A stretch of 47,026 nt of DNA, counting the filler, from Dirinaria sp. TL-2023a (lineage: Eukaryota): NCBI GenBank assembly GCA_051941275.1. It is 2 parts of 2 records of this genome, joined end to end, with 100 filler letters (N's around TTAATTAATTAA, not from the genome) between each part and the next. Parts side by side here need not be neighbours in the genome. Positions count along the whole stretch, not along the records: positions 23,587 to 47,026 come from JAVEBF010000206.1; 1 more part is not named here. The stretch is one strand, 5' to 3'. Shown here one piece after another: positions 24,203 to 34,893 of this stretch. How positions within the stretch are numbered: position 1 is the first letter of the stretch; every line of letters begins with the position of its first letter. A program made the position numbers and the translations under genes. The notes under the pieces were generated by a model that was given only the letters and a program-made list of their open reading frames with translations, ran no database searches and had not been told where the DNA came from.

Positions 24203-27200
24203 TCAACCCCTCGCAGATATACCACCGCTCATCCTTTTCAAGGATGCTTTACCCTCACCCCCGACTCCCCTATCCTTGTCTAAGAAGTCGTTCTTTTGCG
24301 GGAGTCGGTGATTAGTACTCACGTGCCTCAGTACCCCTGTATTTGATGGCCTTCGCTCAGCAACACTATTCCCAGGACTCAAAGTCTCCAGATTAGGAGT
24401 TGGCGGGTTTGGGGAGGTGGCAAGCGGTGGACTCGGAGGAGGTGTGTCGGGAGGCGAAAAGCCTGACGGTACAGCCGATACCGCTGTAGCTTTGGTCCCG
24501 GAGGCTGGAGGATAAGTTGGTAAAGTTACAGAAGCCTTCAGCGAGCGACACATATCGTCAAGGAGGATCTCCATGGGGGCGATGTAAGCTGTATTGTTAA
24601 GCTCAGAGAAGGCGAGGACGTGTGCGCAGACGCGATTGCTTGCGTTGTCGATGACCCATGCTCCGGAGTCGCCACCGGCTGCGCTTGTGTTAGCAAAGGA
24701 ATAGCACTAAGAACTGTGAATAGAGTAGAAATTTACCCCCAAAGTTGCCCATGACTGTCCAGCTTTGCGATGATGAGATCCGGCCGGGCAACTTGATCAT
24801 GCTCATTATTGGCAGTATCCTGCCAGCTTGGAGCCCGCTCGTTCGACCGAGGGCGTGCACATGAAGGCCGCCAAGTTCGTCCGCCTTGGCAACATTGCAC
24901 GGATAAGAAGCCTTTGTTTCGTTCTCCGGTGTTCGCGCTGTGGTCACATGGTCGCAATGCCGGGCTCCGCCCGCTATGAAATTCGCTGTGCGAGCTCTAT
25001 GTTGCTCGACTTCGATTAGTGCCCAATCCACCTCATGCGAGACACCGCCACGTCTCCAACGTTTGATGCCAGATGAAGCGTGTACATGGCCAAAGCCATG
25101 AGAGGAGAGGTGTTCCTCGTCCATGTCTTCTTCACTAGGAAAGAAGCCTTCATCGACATCATCAATGGCTGGTTGTGTAACAAAAAGCTCGCAGCCGTTG
25201 CCGGGCTCGATCCCGTCAGTATCGCCCATGTCGACCTGCTCTTCGTCCTGCTCGAGATGGTCATTGTCTTCAGAATCCAAGATCTCCGACAGCCAAGCAT
25301 CTAGGTCGCCTTCAGAAGACTGGTAGCCCTCATCTTCGTCATCAGAGATCTCGAATGGATACAACGCCTCCATAGTCGGCACGGTAGACCTCGTCTGCTC
25401 CGCTGACGGCTCTTCAAACCCATCGCCGGGTGAAGCCATGCATCGGTGAAGATCAACCGTCTCATCTAGGCCGTAATCAACTTCTTCATTCTCCAGCATA
25501 TGGTGCACGCTCATGCCATAAGGTTCACCGTTGACTAGAACAGTGCCACCAAAGGAGACGGGAGGTAGGTGGTGATTGTCAATAAATGCGCCAATTGAAG
25601 CGCCGCACGCTGGTCGTTGCTGATAGCGTCGATTTGGAATGTCTACAGGCTGGCTGGTAGTATTGAAATTACTGCTGGGCTTCTTCCCTTTCTTTGCTGG
25701 TCTCCTTCGCTTGCCAGCTTTCGAACGGCTGATCTGGCCTTTCACGACCTTGATATCAAACAAGCCCCTTTCTTTGTTCAGGTAGTGCAGCACTTTGCGA
25801 GCTTTATCAGTACTGACGCACATCATGTATATTGTCGGTCTGGCGACCTCGGGCGTCTCCCCTGACATGAACAGATCAATGCTGTAGGACTCCCAACGAT
25901 CAATTGCCTTTTGCAGGATACGATCCAATTTAGGCGCCATCGTAGCATTCCAGTAGGCTGAGCAAGCCATAGGTATTTCATGAGACCACACTTTACATTT
26001 ACACCTTTGACGTGATTTCTCTTTGAGTTCAGAGCGTGGCGTTGGAGCTGTGCCCGCTGACTGTGTCTCTGTCTGCCGCAACTCGGTCTCTTCAGCTAAT
26101 GTTGGTGATTTCAATATCTCTGGAGCCTTCTCGCTGGGCGCATGCATGACAGGAAAGGGCTTTTGCTTTTCAGAGACGGTAGTTTGATGATCAGACGATT
26201 GCACGGTCTCGGAAGCTGCAGCCTCGACCGTGTTCATCGTGTCTTCGATGTCGTCAATCATGCAACATCTCTCCAAAGGCTTGACAACATCCCAGTAGAG
26301 ATCTATTTCTGGTCGTGAGGACTGGTGGTTCATGTGTCCATCCAGGTTACTAGGCCGCCGCGCAATCCGGTGATCATCTGCTGCCCTAAGGCATTTGTCG
26401 ACAATCCGCATATATGTGGTTCCACATTTGGCTGCAAGTTTTTTAATATATACACTCTGCAGCCTTACTTTAAAATCTGCTCGTGTATATCTTGTCTTCC
26501 ACAGCTTGCTGAGAGGCATCCATAAGCCGATCTCAAGGAGGATCAGGCCCAAACTGTACAGGTCATAGGCCGGTCTGAATGAGGCTCGGAGACCTCGTAC
26601 GGTGCGCGGATGGCGGTAGATGCTAGAAATGAAAGGCTCCTCTAGTACGTTTGGCGCATCCTCGGCGGCCTGATCAAAAGCTGTCAGGTATGGCTTTCTT
26701 ATTACACCTTCTTTCCACTCTTTGTCTTCAGATGATGCCGAGATCTGCCCGTCGAGAAAGAAAAGCACATTGTTACTGTTAATGTTCCGATGTGTGACAC
26801 CTTTGGTATGGAAATACAGAACGCTTGAAGCGAGGTTGAATGCTAGTCGAAAACGGTCTTCCAAGCTAGGCATGTTCGTGCTATCCGTGTCAGCACCATG
26901 CTGAAGATACGACAAGAGGCTCTGCGGTGGTTTTGATGTCGAAAAGAACGAGCCTGCAGCTGGATTCGGTAGCTCGTAGAGAGGGAAGCTCGGCATTTCG
27001 TAAATTAGTCCGCATCGCATCTGATAAGGGTCTTCGAACCAGCCAAGAAGTCTCAGAGTTGCTCTGTAGGTTGTTCCTTCGGAAAGTGGCGATGCTTGTA
27101 ATATTTCGAGCAGTTCATCAACTCGCTGGTACGAGCTCTTGTTCATAGTCGGTGAATCATCTACAGAGCTATACTCCAAAATCACAGGTAAATCATTGAC

Positions 27201-27968
27201 GTCTTGCGAGCCTGCTTCGTGTTTGAGATAAGCCGGTACTCTATCTTCAGCACTTGCGGCAACTGCCTCATAAGACGGTGGAGATGGCCCTGGAGTCTTG
27301 GTACTTGGTGGGATACGTAGTCGATTGAATGCGATTCGACTCCATGACTTTACACTGGAGGCTGGCTCCTGAAATCCGGGCTTCTGATCAGTAGGGAATC
27401 TTGGCTGGGCTTTGATATCCAAGTAGTGGCTCTTTTCGGCTTTCTGTTCCGGAGCAGTGGAAATTGGCAGTGGTGACTCCTGTCGGATCGCTTGCGACGA
27501 TCTTGAAAGATCGCAAAGAGTATCAATAGACGTCGTCAAATCTCTCACTATATCATCCAACCGCGCCAAGTCCTTGCTGCTATGATCCACTTCCCTTAGG
27601 GGTATGTTTCTAAACATCTTTTCGTCTGGAAAAGAACCTGGAAGCTGCAATGCTCGCTGTGGCCTGAGTCCCTCAGCTTCGCGTAGTAATTCATTAATAG
27701 AAGTCATGATGCTCTCGACCAAATCACTGATTCCAGCACGGTCGAGAGAACCGTCAATATCGCCAACTTGACTAGCGCCCGAATCGGCCCATTCCAAACC
27801 CCAAGCGATCAATCTATCTTTTTGTATCCGAAGCTTGAGATAAGTTGTTGAGATACGCGGGTTGCTCCAATTTTCATTTGTACGTACGACGTGCTCATAG
27901 CTTTTCTTGGTATCGGTGTATATCTGCGTCAGCCGCCTCGGCAGCAATCCCTGGCGAAGCATTTCCAT
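24203..27968 (-). CDS. ~1235-aa multidomain protein: HeLo-like (prion-inhibition/HET-s-LopB type) N-terminus + kinase-like (pseudokinase) domain + C-terminal chymotrypsin-like serine protease, 2 exons
   Basis: HeLo-like motif YLKLRIQKDRLIAWGLEW. Kinase-like RFRLAFNLASSVLYFHTKGVTHRNINSNNVLFF..PYLTAFD..IYRHP..AYDLYSLGLILLEIGLW. Protease motifs SFGGTVLV..YGMSVHHML (His), VDWALIEV (Asp) and GRTSG. Removing intron 24679-24736 (GTAAAT..GCTAAC..CAG) gives NFGAGGDSGAWVID (Ser) and joins ORFs 24690-27968 and 24203-24574. Confidence 0.85.
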
Positions 27969-28811
27969 GGTGCTCTGATGTTGAGCGCACGATCAGAAAG
28001 CGTGAAGTAAAAGAGGATACAGCGTTTTTGCAGATGAGAAGAGAAAACTTGTTCCGTGGACAAGGATCAACAAGTATGGTAGCATGTTGGAAGTTTGGTT
28101 GCTGCCTAGGGTCCCGTTTTGAGGATGCCTAGACAAGCCAGTGGCGAATTGCGAGAGCAGCAAAGCGTGGCTCGGTCCTCGTGACTCTAAGTCTTACATG
28201 GTAGGCTTCAGAATTGCAAATTCACAATGCCAATCTCATAGTATTATCAATCATCGCAACAGCCGTCAGCGAGGTGTCATATTCAAATTCTTTGCTTGAG
28301 TCGCCGCTGCTCGGCTGTCGGATGTCGAGCAGATCGGCCGAGATGCATTGTTCGGGCTGATTAACCCTAAGGTAGAACATAAAAAGAACCCTAGATCTCG
28401 TAATAAATATTACATACATTGAACACCAGTGTCTTCCATGAAAAGGCTCTCAGCTCAGGGCATATTTCCAGAAATATTCCACAACACTCGCGGCAGAGCT
28501 TTTGTATGAGATCATAAGAATCGAAGATGGATCAATTCTGTTTGGTGGTCAACGCCTACCCAACACCCATTTGCCACGCCATTCTCTCTTTTGATAATTA
28601 AATTGAGCGCATTATACTTAGAGAGTGATTTATGTTCCCACCATAGAGAAATTACCTTGACGTAGTATAGCAACAAAGCTGACCCAAATGCTAAATACAA
28701 GCAAACGTGAATTGGCTCCTACGCATGTGCACATGCTAGGAATTAAGAAAGACGAGACCTATCTGAGATCCAAATTGTAAAGTACTGTAGGGTTTGTATC
28801 CACTCCTCGCT

Positions 28812-29332
28812 TTATGCAAGAGCGGCCGCAACCATCAGAACCGCCGCAACGCCACCCATGAGATCCGGAGTCAAGTCGACAGCAGCATTGCCAGTCTGCT
28901 TTGCTGATGCGGAGGAAGCAGTACCGATGGCCGTCCCAGCACCTGCGTTAGGAGCTGCTCCCCCGCTGTCACTGCCGCTTCCGTTGTCACTACTAACGCC
29001 CCCAGTGGACATCGCTGAATTCGAAGACGCGGTCATTGACGCCATAGCTCCGCTTGCTGATGTGCTCATGCCGCTCATAGACATCATTGCAGAACCGGGA
29101 GACGCGGCTGCTGCTGCGCTTGCTAAGGAGACTGTCAGAAAAACGCATGGATTGAAGCCTATGAAAAAACAGTACAGGCACTCGCCATAGCAGTAGTGGC
29201 TGCACTGCTAATACCACCGACCCCTGCGACGTTACTCGAGACAGCAGGGCTATTATCCTGATCGCCCTCCCCGTTCACTTGCGCCAGTGCCAAGCCTGCA
29301 AAAATCGGGAGGAGAACTCTAGAGATGTACAT
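28812..29332 (-). CDS. Small secreted Ser/Ala/Gly/Met-rich, probably GPI-anchored protein, 2 exons
   Basis: Signal peptide MYISRVLLPIFAGLALA. An intron starting at 29181 (GTGCCT) with in-frame acceptors at 29132 or 29123 joins to MMSMSGMSTSASG...GNAAVDLTPDLMGGVAAVLMVAAALA (GPI-signal-like C-terminus). Confidence 0.75.
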
Positions 29333-30489
29333 GTTGAATAATTGGTGGCTCGGGCAGCAAAAGATGAAGGTAGAAATAACTGAGTGAGACTTGAGGAAAG
29401 AGAATAAGAAGGAGAGGGATTCGTGCTCATATACATTCGCGACGGAAATATCCGAATTTCTCCTCTTCTTGGCAGCGAGGTGCTTCACTCTGCAGACTCG
29501 CTATTACTGACTATGCCTACCTAGGTAGTTCTCATACATAATGTAAAGCCAAGTAACTCTCCTACTTCGGCTGAACAAGCGGCGCTTGAGAGCTGTAGTG
29601 CCAAGTGTGACATATTACAGGCGTGGGGCATCTCTTGGATGCTTGAGCTCTTCAGTTCCTGTTTAAGCGCTGCGTGTCCCTTGGTCTTTCGTAGACTCAA
29701 TTCATGGGGGATTAACTTTCCTCGTTAGCTCATTGGCCTGTAAATAAGATCAGCGAATATTGCGGAGTAGCAGACGCTCCTGCGTCGCATGCCGAATTTC
29801 CGTTTCCAGGTCAGGTGCGCATCTCCATCATCATACATATGTACATAGAACATTTACCACGCACGGCGAACGGAGCTTTGAAATGACGTCAAGCGTACTG
29901 CAGCCCTTTCTTCAGCATTCGTATACATCTCCTACATTATTCTGTTGGCAAATATGAGTAAATACAAGCATTGATAGTAAAGTAGAGTAGAGTAAGGTAC
30001 TGACCGTACTGTACATTATTCATGGTGCCGGTGGATCCGAGTAGTTTGAGCTTGGCGCCAAGGTCTTTCGGCGTATGCTCACCAGCCCCGGGAATAAACT
30101 CCTAATATTTCCCGAAAATAGGGGCAGGGCTGTAACTCCGTACACAGACAGCCAGAATCTCCTCGACTATAAGGTAGACTAGCGATGTTGCTCGTTGTTG
30201 CATTGATGTAGTGGTCTATTTTAGGACTCAATCTTAGATTCTTTGAATCTTCTATCAGTATTGGTTCGTACGAAAGGTAATTAAATAGTCATGCTTTGAG
30301 GCAATCGGCGTCAAAGTCTTTACGGTTTTACCTACATGTCTTTGATGAGGTTTCACGCATAAACATTATATTGAGAGCTATACTGCCGCACCTTCATCTT
30401 TTTTAATTTCAAAAGGTCTTCCGAGTCTCCTTTCGCAATCGCTCTTACCCCAACCTCGAGCCAGTCCTTACACCATCGCTACACATCCT

Positions 30490-31455
30490 TCATTGCTCAT
30501 CAAATTGCATGTCAATCCACGCAATAGCGGAATCGAGAGTCTTATTGAAGTTCTCATCCGTTTCCCTTTCCATGGCTGTCCAAACCCGGAGAAGGTTAAA
30601 TCGTATCTGAGGGCTGATTTCTGGCAGAAGCCTCGCCGATCGCTGTTTCAGATTCAACCATTGCTTTTGTCGGGGCGTCAACGATAACGGAGGAATGCTC
30701 TGATTCCGGAGAACATCTATTATGTCTGCGAAGGAGTCGGTGAACGCAAGACAGGACTTTTCCTTGCACTGCATGTCTGCAGTCTTCACACGCCATGGAA
30801 GCCACTCCTTCAGATCGTGCCGGAATTCGTACCGCGCCGCAATAATTACGACATTGAAGTTAAACTTCAATCGCTTTAACGGCTCGAGACTGAATTTGGT
30901 CGCATTGCAGATCCTCCTATCCGGCATACCCTCTGCCTTGTGGCAAAGACAGGGAACGCGGATTTTCAGTGTCTGCAAGGCTGTCCGCTGTTCTGCTAAT
31001 ATAGCGCTGACACTCAGTAGCGCTTCTCGAATGTAGTACCGATAATCGTCTAGAAATGATCTTAAGTGTGGTGCTAACCAAGTGGGTCCTCCTCTATAGT
31101 CATCATATGACGGTTCAAAATGCAAGTCGAGTTGCCAATTTTTGATATAGCTGATCGAGTGTGTTGACTTAAAAGGTCGGAAGTCTTTCATATGCTGGCT
31201 ATGATGAAGGAAGGAGAGATGGTTGAGGGAAATAGCGATGGTGAAAGAGCTATCGCCATACAGGAGCTGACGGGCCTCGGCAGAGACCTGCTGGTTGACA
31301 AGCAGGAGTGACATGCACTTCTTCGGTGTATCGGTGAAGGTAGACCAGAGTGCTGAACGTGGTGGAGTGTCTTGCGAAGGGAGAACTAAGTTGTAAATTT
31401 TGTAGCGGATCTCGAGCGGCAAGTCGAGGAGAGGGCAAGATGAGTGGGAAGACAT
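30490..31455 (-). CDS. Hypothetical protein with N-terminal F-box-like motif (321 aa, intronless)
   Basis: CPLLDLPLEIRYKIYNLVL...SLLLVNQQVSAEARQLLYG..F pattern typical of fungal F-box-like/2EXR-type proteins; 966-bp uninterrupted ORF. Confidence 0.7.
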   Translation of the reverse strand: MSSHSSCPLLDLPLEIRYKIYNLVLPSQDTPPRSALWSTFTDTPKKCMSLLLVNQQVSAEARQLLYGDSSFTIAISLNHLSFLHHSQHMKDFRPFKSTHSISYIKNWQLDLHFEPSYDDYRGGPTWLAPHLRSFLDDYRYYIREALLSVSAILAEQRTALQTLKIRVPCLCHKAEGMPDRRICNATKFSLEPLKRLKFNFNVVIIAARYEFRHDLKEWLPWRVKTADMQCKEKSCLAFTDSFADIIDVLRNQSIPPLSLTPRQKQWLNLKQRSARLLPEISPQIRFNLLRVWTAMERETDENFNKTLDSAIAWIDMQFDEQ

Positions 31456-32801
31456 CTCGGGGAGATTGCAAGGGGGCTAATGTCTTGTTTGTAATGATCG
31501 TTTGTAGATTGTTCGAAGAGATTTTGAAGGGACGGATTACTCCTTGAGAAGTCGGCCTGTCGTTTCAAGAGAGGTGGGAGCTGGAAGACTGGTTTTGGTT
31601 TTTATACTCCTGACCTCCAAGTGTCATGGTCAGAAAGTGATATATGACCAAGGTTATTCAAATTGTGTGTTGGAATAAAGCTTGCGACGCAGAAATCAAC
31701 ACTAACTGCTTGTTATACTTGAGTCACAGGTAGGTATGATATATTATAATTTCAAAGTCAGCGAGTTATCGGAACATACTCGCTATACAAAGGCGTTGTT
31801 GGGTTAGGATCTCTCCAATCTTGTCACTTTCCCGCCAGTCCATGGCAGCACCTGCGTTCAAAAGCCTAACCTTCGCTACACAAAGCATTTTGGGTCACAA
31901 GTGTTGAAATACATGGAGGCACTAGTGAATGGAATTGCTACGACGCTGTAGAGAAGAGATGTTGAGAAGCAAACATCGTGAAAAACGCATAACGCACTTT
32001 CCAACAACATTTGATGCAAAAGGTGCACCTTAAAATCTTGCCGAGCTAAATCCATATAGCTCGTGATCCACGAAGTTACAAGGCTCGTTGAACAAGGTAG
32101 CTTAATACTTATGACTCCAGACACCACATCTAGCGGCTGGAATGCTCTCTCTGTATCCTGAGATGGACTTTGGAAAGTTTGGAGTAAACCGTCCAGATGC
32201 AGACCATCCATGTCCCAAGACTTGGAGCCCGAGTGACGAACAATTGTCGAGTAGGTTTGTCGGCTGAGAGCTCTGTTCGTCATTAAGACTCGGCCAGACA
32301 ACTTTTGTCGCAAAAGGGTCCGATTGCTGTGACTCTGAGGTATCTTGGAGCGAGGCATTCATAATTGAACAGTCCAATCTCATTTGCGTCCTTGAACCTT
32401 CATTTCTGGGTTTAGTTTTCGGAGCTAGTGATTTGCCGGTTTGTTGTGGTAAAAGAGCCGCCTGGACCTGGATATCGACAACGAAAGCCGGAAATGAGAG
32501 TAGCATCGAGGACAGCCACGAGCATCAGTTGTGTAAGCGCGAGTGATAATGGTTTGGCCCTTCTGGGTTACGTCATGACGGGTATCCCGCCTAGCTTTTC
32601 AAGGTGGAAGACGAAGCCAAAGTGTACTTTGAGGTATGACTTACATATGAGTGGTGCTGGCTCGGTATGTGCCCGAGGGGCCATCAGGCGCTAGGCCTCT
32701 CGGCCCGCTACGAGCTACTGCTGCAAGATGACGATCCTCGTATAAAGAAGAGTTTCTGAGTCATTATTTGAGTTTTCTGTCCGTAGCCAACAATACGCCA
32801 A

Positions 32802-33690
32802 ATGACCACGACCCTCACCGTCGGGGTGCTGGCTTTACAAGGCGCGTTTCGCGAACATCTCAAGCTTTTGTACCAAGCGACTGGGCAGCTGCCGCCGAAA
32901 GGGATTTCTCAATGGCATTTTCTCGAGGTCCGCTCGCCTGAGGAACTTGCGGAATGTGATGCTCTGATCATACCTGGTGGTGAGAGCACTACAGTGTCTT
33001 TGGTAGCAGCCCGTTCAAATCTTCTTGAGCCTCTGAGAGCCTTTGTCAAGTATGGCACATGTCAACTTTGCTGATAATTCTGGCGAGTGCTGATGGCTGT
33101 GTAATGCAAGGGTACAAAGGAAGCCTACCTGGGGCACATGCGCGGGGCTGATCCTGCTGGCTGAGTCTGCAAACCGCACGAAGAAAGGGGGACAAGATCT
33201 GATCGGCGGTTTGGACGTGAGAGTCAATCGTAATTACTTCGGCCGGCAAACCGAGAGCTTCGAGGCTGACTTGAATCTGCCTTTCCTTGCTGGGGTTAAT
33301 GAGGTGGACAAGGCCACAAGTTTTCACGGGATCTTCATCCGAGCACCAGTGGTCGAAAAGATTCTGCCGAAAGCCGAGGGGGAACAGACTGAGGAGGGAG
33401 CCCGCAATGAAACAGTAATTGCACCAGCTCGAGATCCAAGGAAGGCTTCGTCTCAAAGCGTTGAGATTATGGCTACATTGCCAGGACGAGGCCGGAAACT
33501 GAAAATGAATGTTGACGCTGTAGATTTGACTGACGAGGTGGGAGACATAATCGCTGTGAGACAGCAGAACGTTTTTGGGACCAGCTTCCACCCCGAGCTG
33601 ACGGAAGATCCAAGAATCCACGTTTGGTGGCTTACCCAAGTTATGGATACTTTGCAAAGCCATGGAAGTAGCCAGACGAATAATTTATAG
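32802..33690 (+). CDS. PDX2: Pyridoxal 5'-phosphate synthase glutaminase subunit (Pdx2/Sno), 2 exons
   Basis: GVLALQGAFREH, ALIIPGGESTT, PTWGTCAGLILL (catalytic Cys), RNYFGRQ, GIFIRAPVV and FGTSFHPELTED (His-Glu). Intron 33050-33110 with an AAG acceptor. Confidence 0.95.
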
Positions 33691-33833
33691 AGATAAGGTC
33701 GAAATACTTAATGATTGACCTCGTTGTTGCCAACAAGGGTTGCAAGTACTGCGCATCCATTGCTGCTGTTGCAAGCGAGGCACTGTGGGTCTACATGTGA
33801 TCCACAGGCCATGCCGACCGCCTCAAACCGATG

Positions 33834-34587
33834 TTATCTGCCTCTTCCGTATTCCTCCTCCTCTTTCATTCGTTCGGCATCGATGGCTCGTCCATACCCA
33901 CCTCTTCCAGGATCCCATTCGTCGCGATATTCATCACGTACTTGGCCTCCCGATTTTCCACGACTAGGTATGCATCAGCAAATCCCTCCATCTATCAACT
34001 GCGATCATACGCACCCATACTGTCGCCCCTCCTGAAACCCCGGGTCCAGGTCAGTTCTTATTATCCGCTCATCCAATTTGGTGCCTCCAATGTATTTCAT
34101 GCAGTCCAAGGCATCTTGATGATTGTAATATTCGACAAAGCAAAACCCGCACGGAGTTTTGTTGAATCTGTCAAGCCCCATCACAAGACGCTTGATCTCA
34201 CCACATCTGGCAGCCTTAGTAGGTCGAGTGACATGAAATGATTCCGCATACGTACTTCGCAAACAGCTCATGTATTTGCTCCTCTGTCGTAAAGAAGGAC
34301 CTAAAAGACATCAGCAAGTAGCCTATGAAGTTTTTTTTTTTTGGGAAACATACAGATTACCCACGTATAGAGTAGTTGCATCCTTCAATGGGTCCTCTGG
34401 TTCTTCAGGTGTCGTCTCTCGCCCTATGGGCTCGTCTCGATATTTGCGCTTCTTGTTCTAATGCCAACAGCCATTAGCATTAATCATTTGTTGTGGATGC
34501 TAGCAGCCAGGGGCCACCTACCCTGCTTAGATAGTAAGCACTAGGCTTGTCAAGCCTATCTACAGTATTTCGCGCCGGTGCCGGCAT
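33834..34587 (-). CDS. CBC2: Nuclear cap-binding complex small subunit (Cbp20), 5 exons
   Basis: Spliced product [19 protein letters not shown]...[93 protein letters not shown]. Confidence 0.95.
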
Positions 34588-34893
34588 TGTTGCTGCTCTG
34601 ATAGCTTGTCCAACCCTGATGCTTGTAGCAAGACTGCAGCGACTTTGAGAGGCGGGAAGAATTGCTTGCTTAAGAATTCGCCTAAACTTTCCGTGTCAAA
34701 ATTGCTGCGCGCTTCGCGCTCCAACGCTTGATACTCAGCGACTCGCTCTATATAATTTGCTGAACACTTCTCCGGAACACCATTGCTTCTTGAGTAATTG
34801 AGCTTGTGATTGCTTTCTACAAGATACTCCACGTTCGATTCGACATCCACTTATCAGTTATTATGAAACACACTACCCTTGACATTTGAAGCC

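Noticed and set aside
20971..27968. PsiD-like gene plus nearby kinase-like gene as a psilocybin-type cluster
   Set aside because: The kinase-like domain is a HeLo-associated pseudokinase, not a PsiK-type phosphotransferase. No methyltransferase or P450 is present, and an artificial gap separates the two genes.
31876..32506. Overlapping minus-strand ORFs of 160 and 134 aa upstream of PDX2
   Set aside because: No recognisable motif (not Pdx1), no convincing splice model, and composition is unremarkable.
33046..33663. 205-aa antisense ORF over PDX2 (likewise antisense ORFs over the SDR, PTA1, the GPI proteins and others)
   Set aside because: Shadow frames of well-supported genes on the opposite strand.
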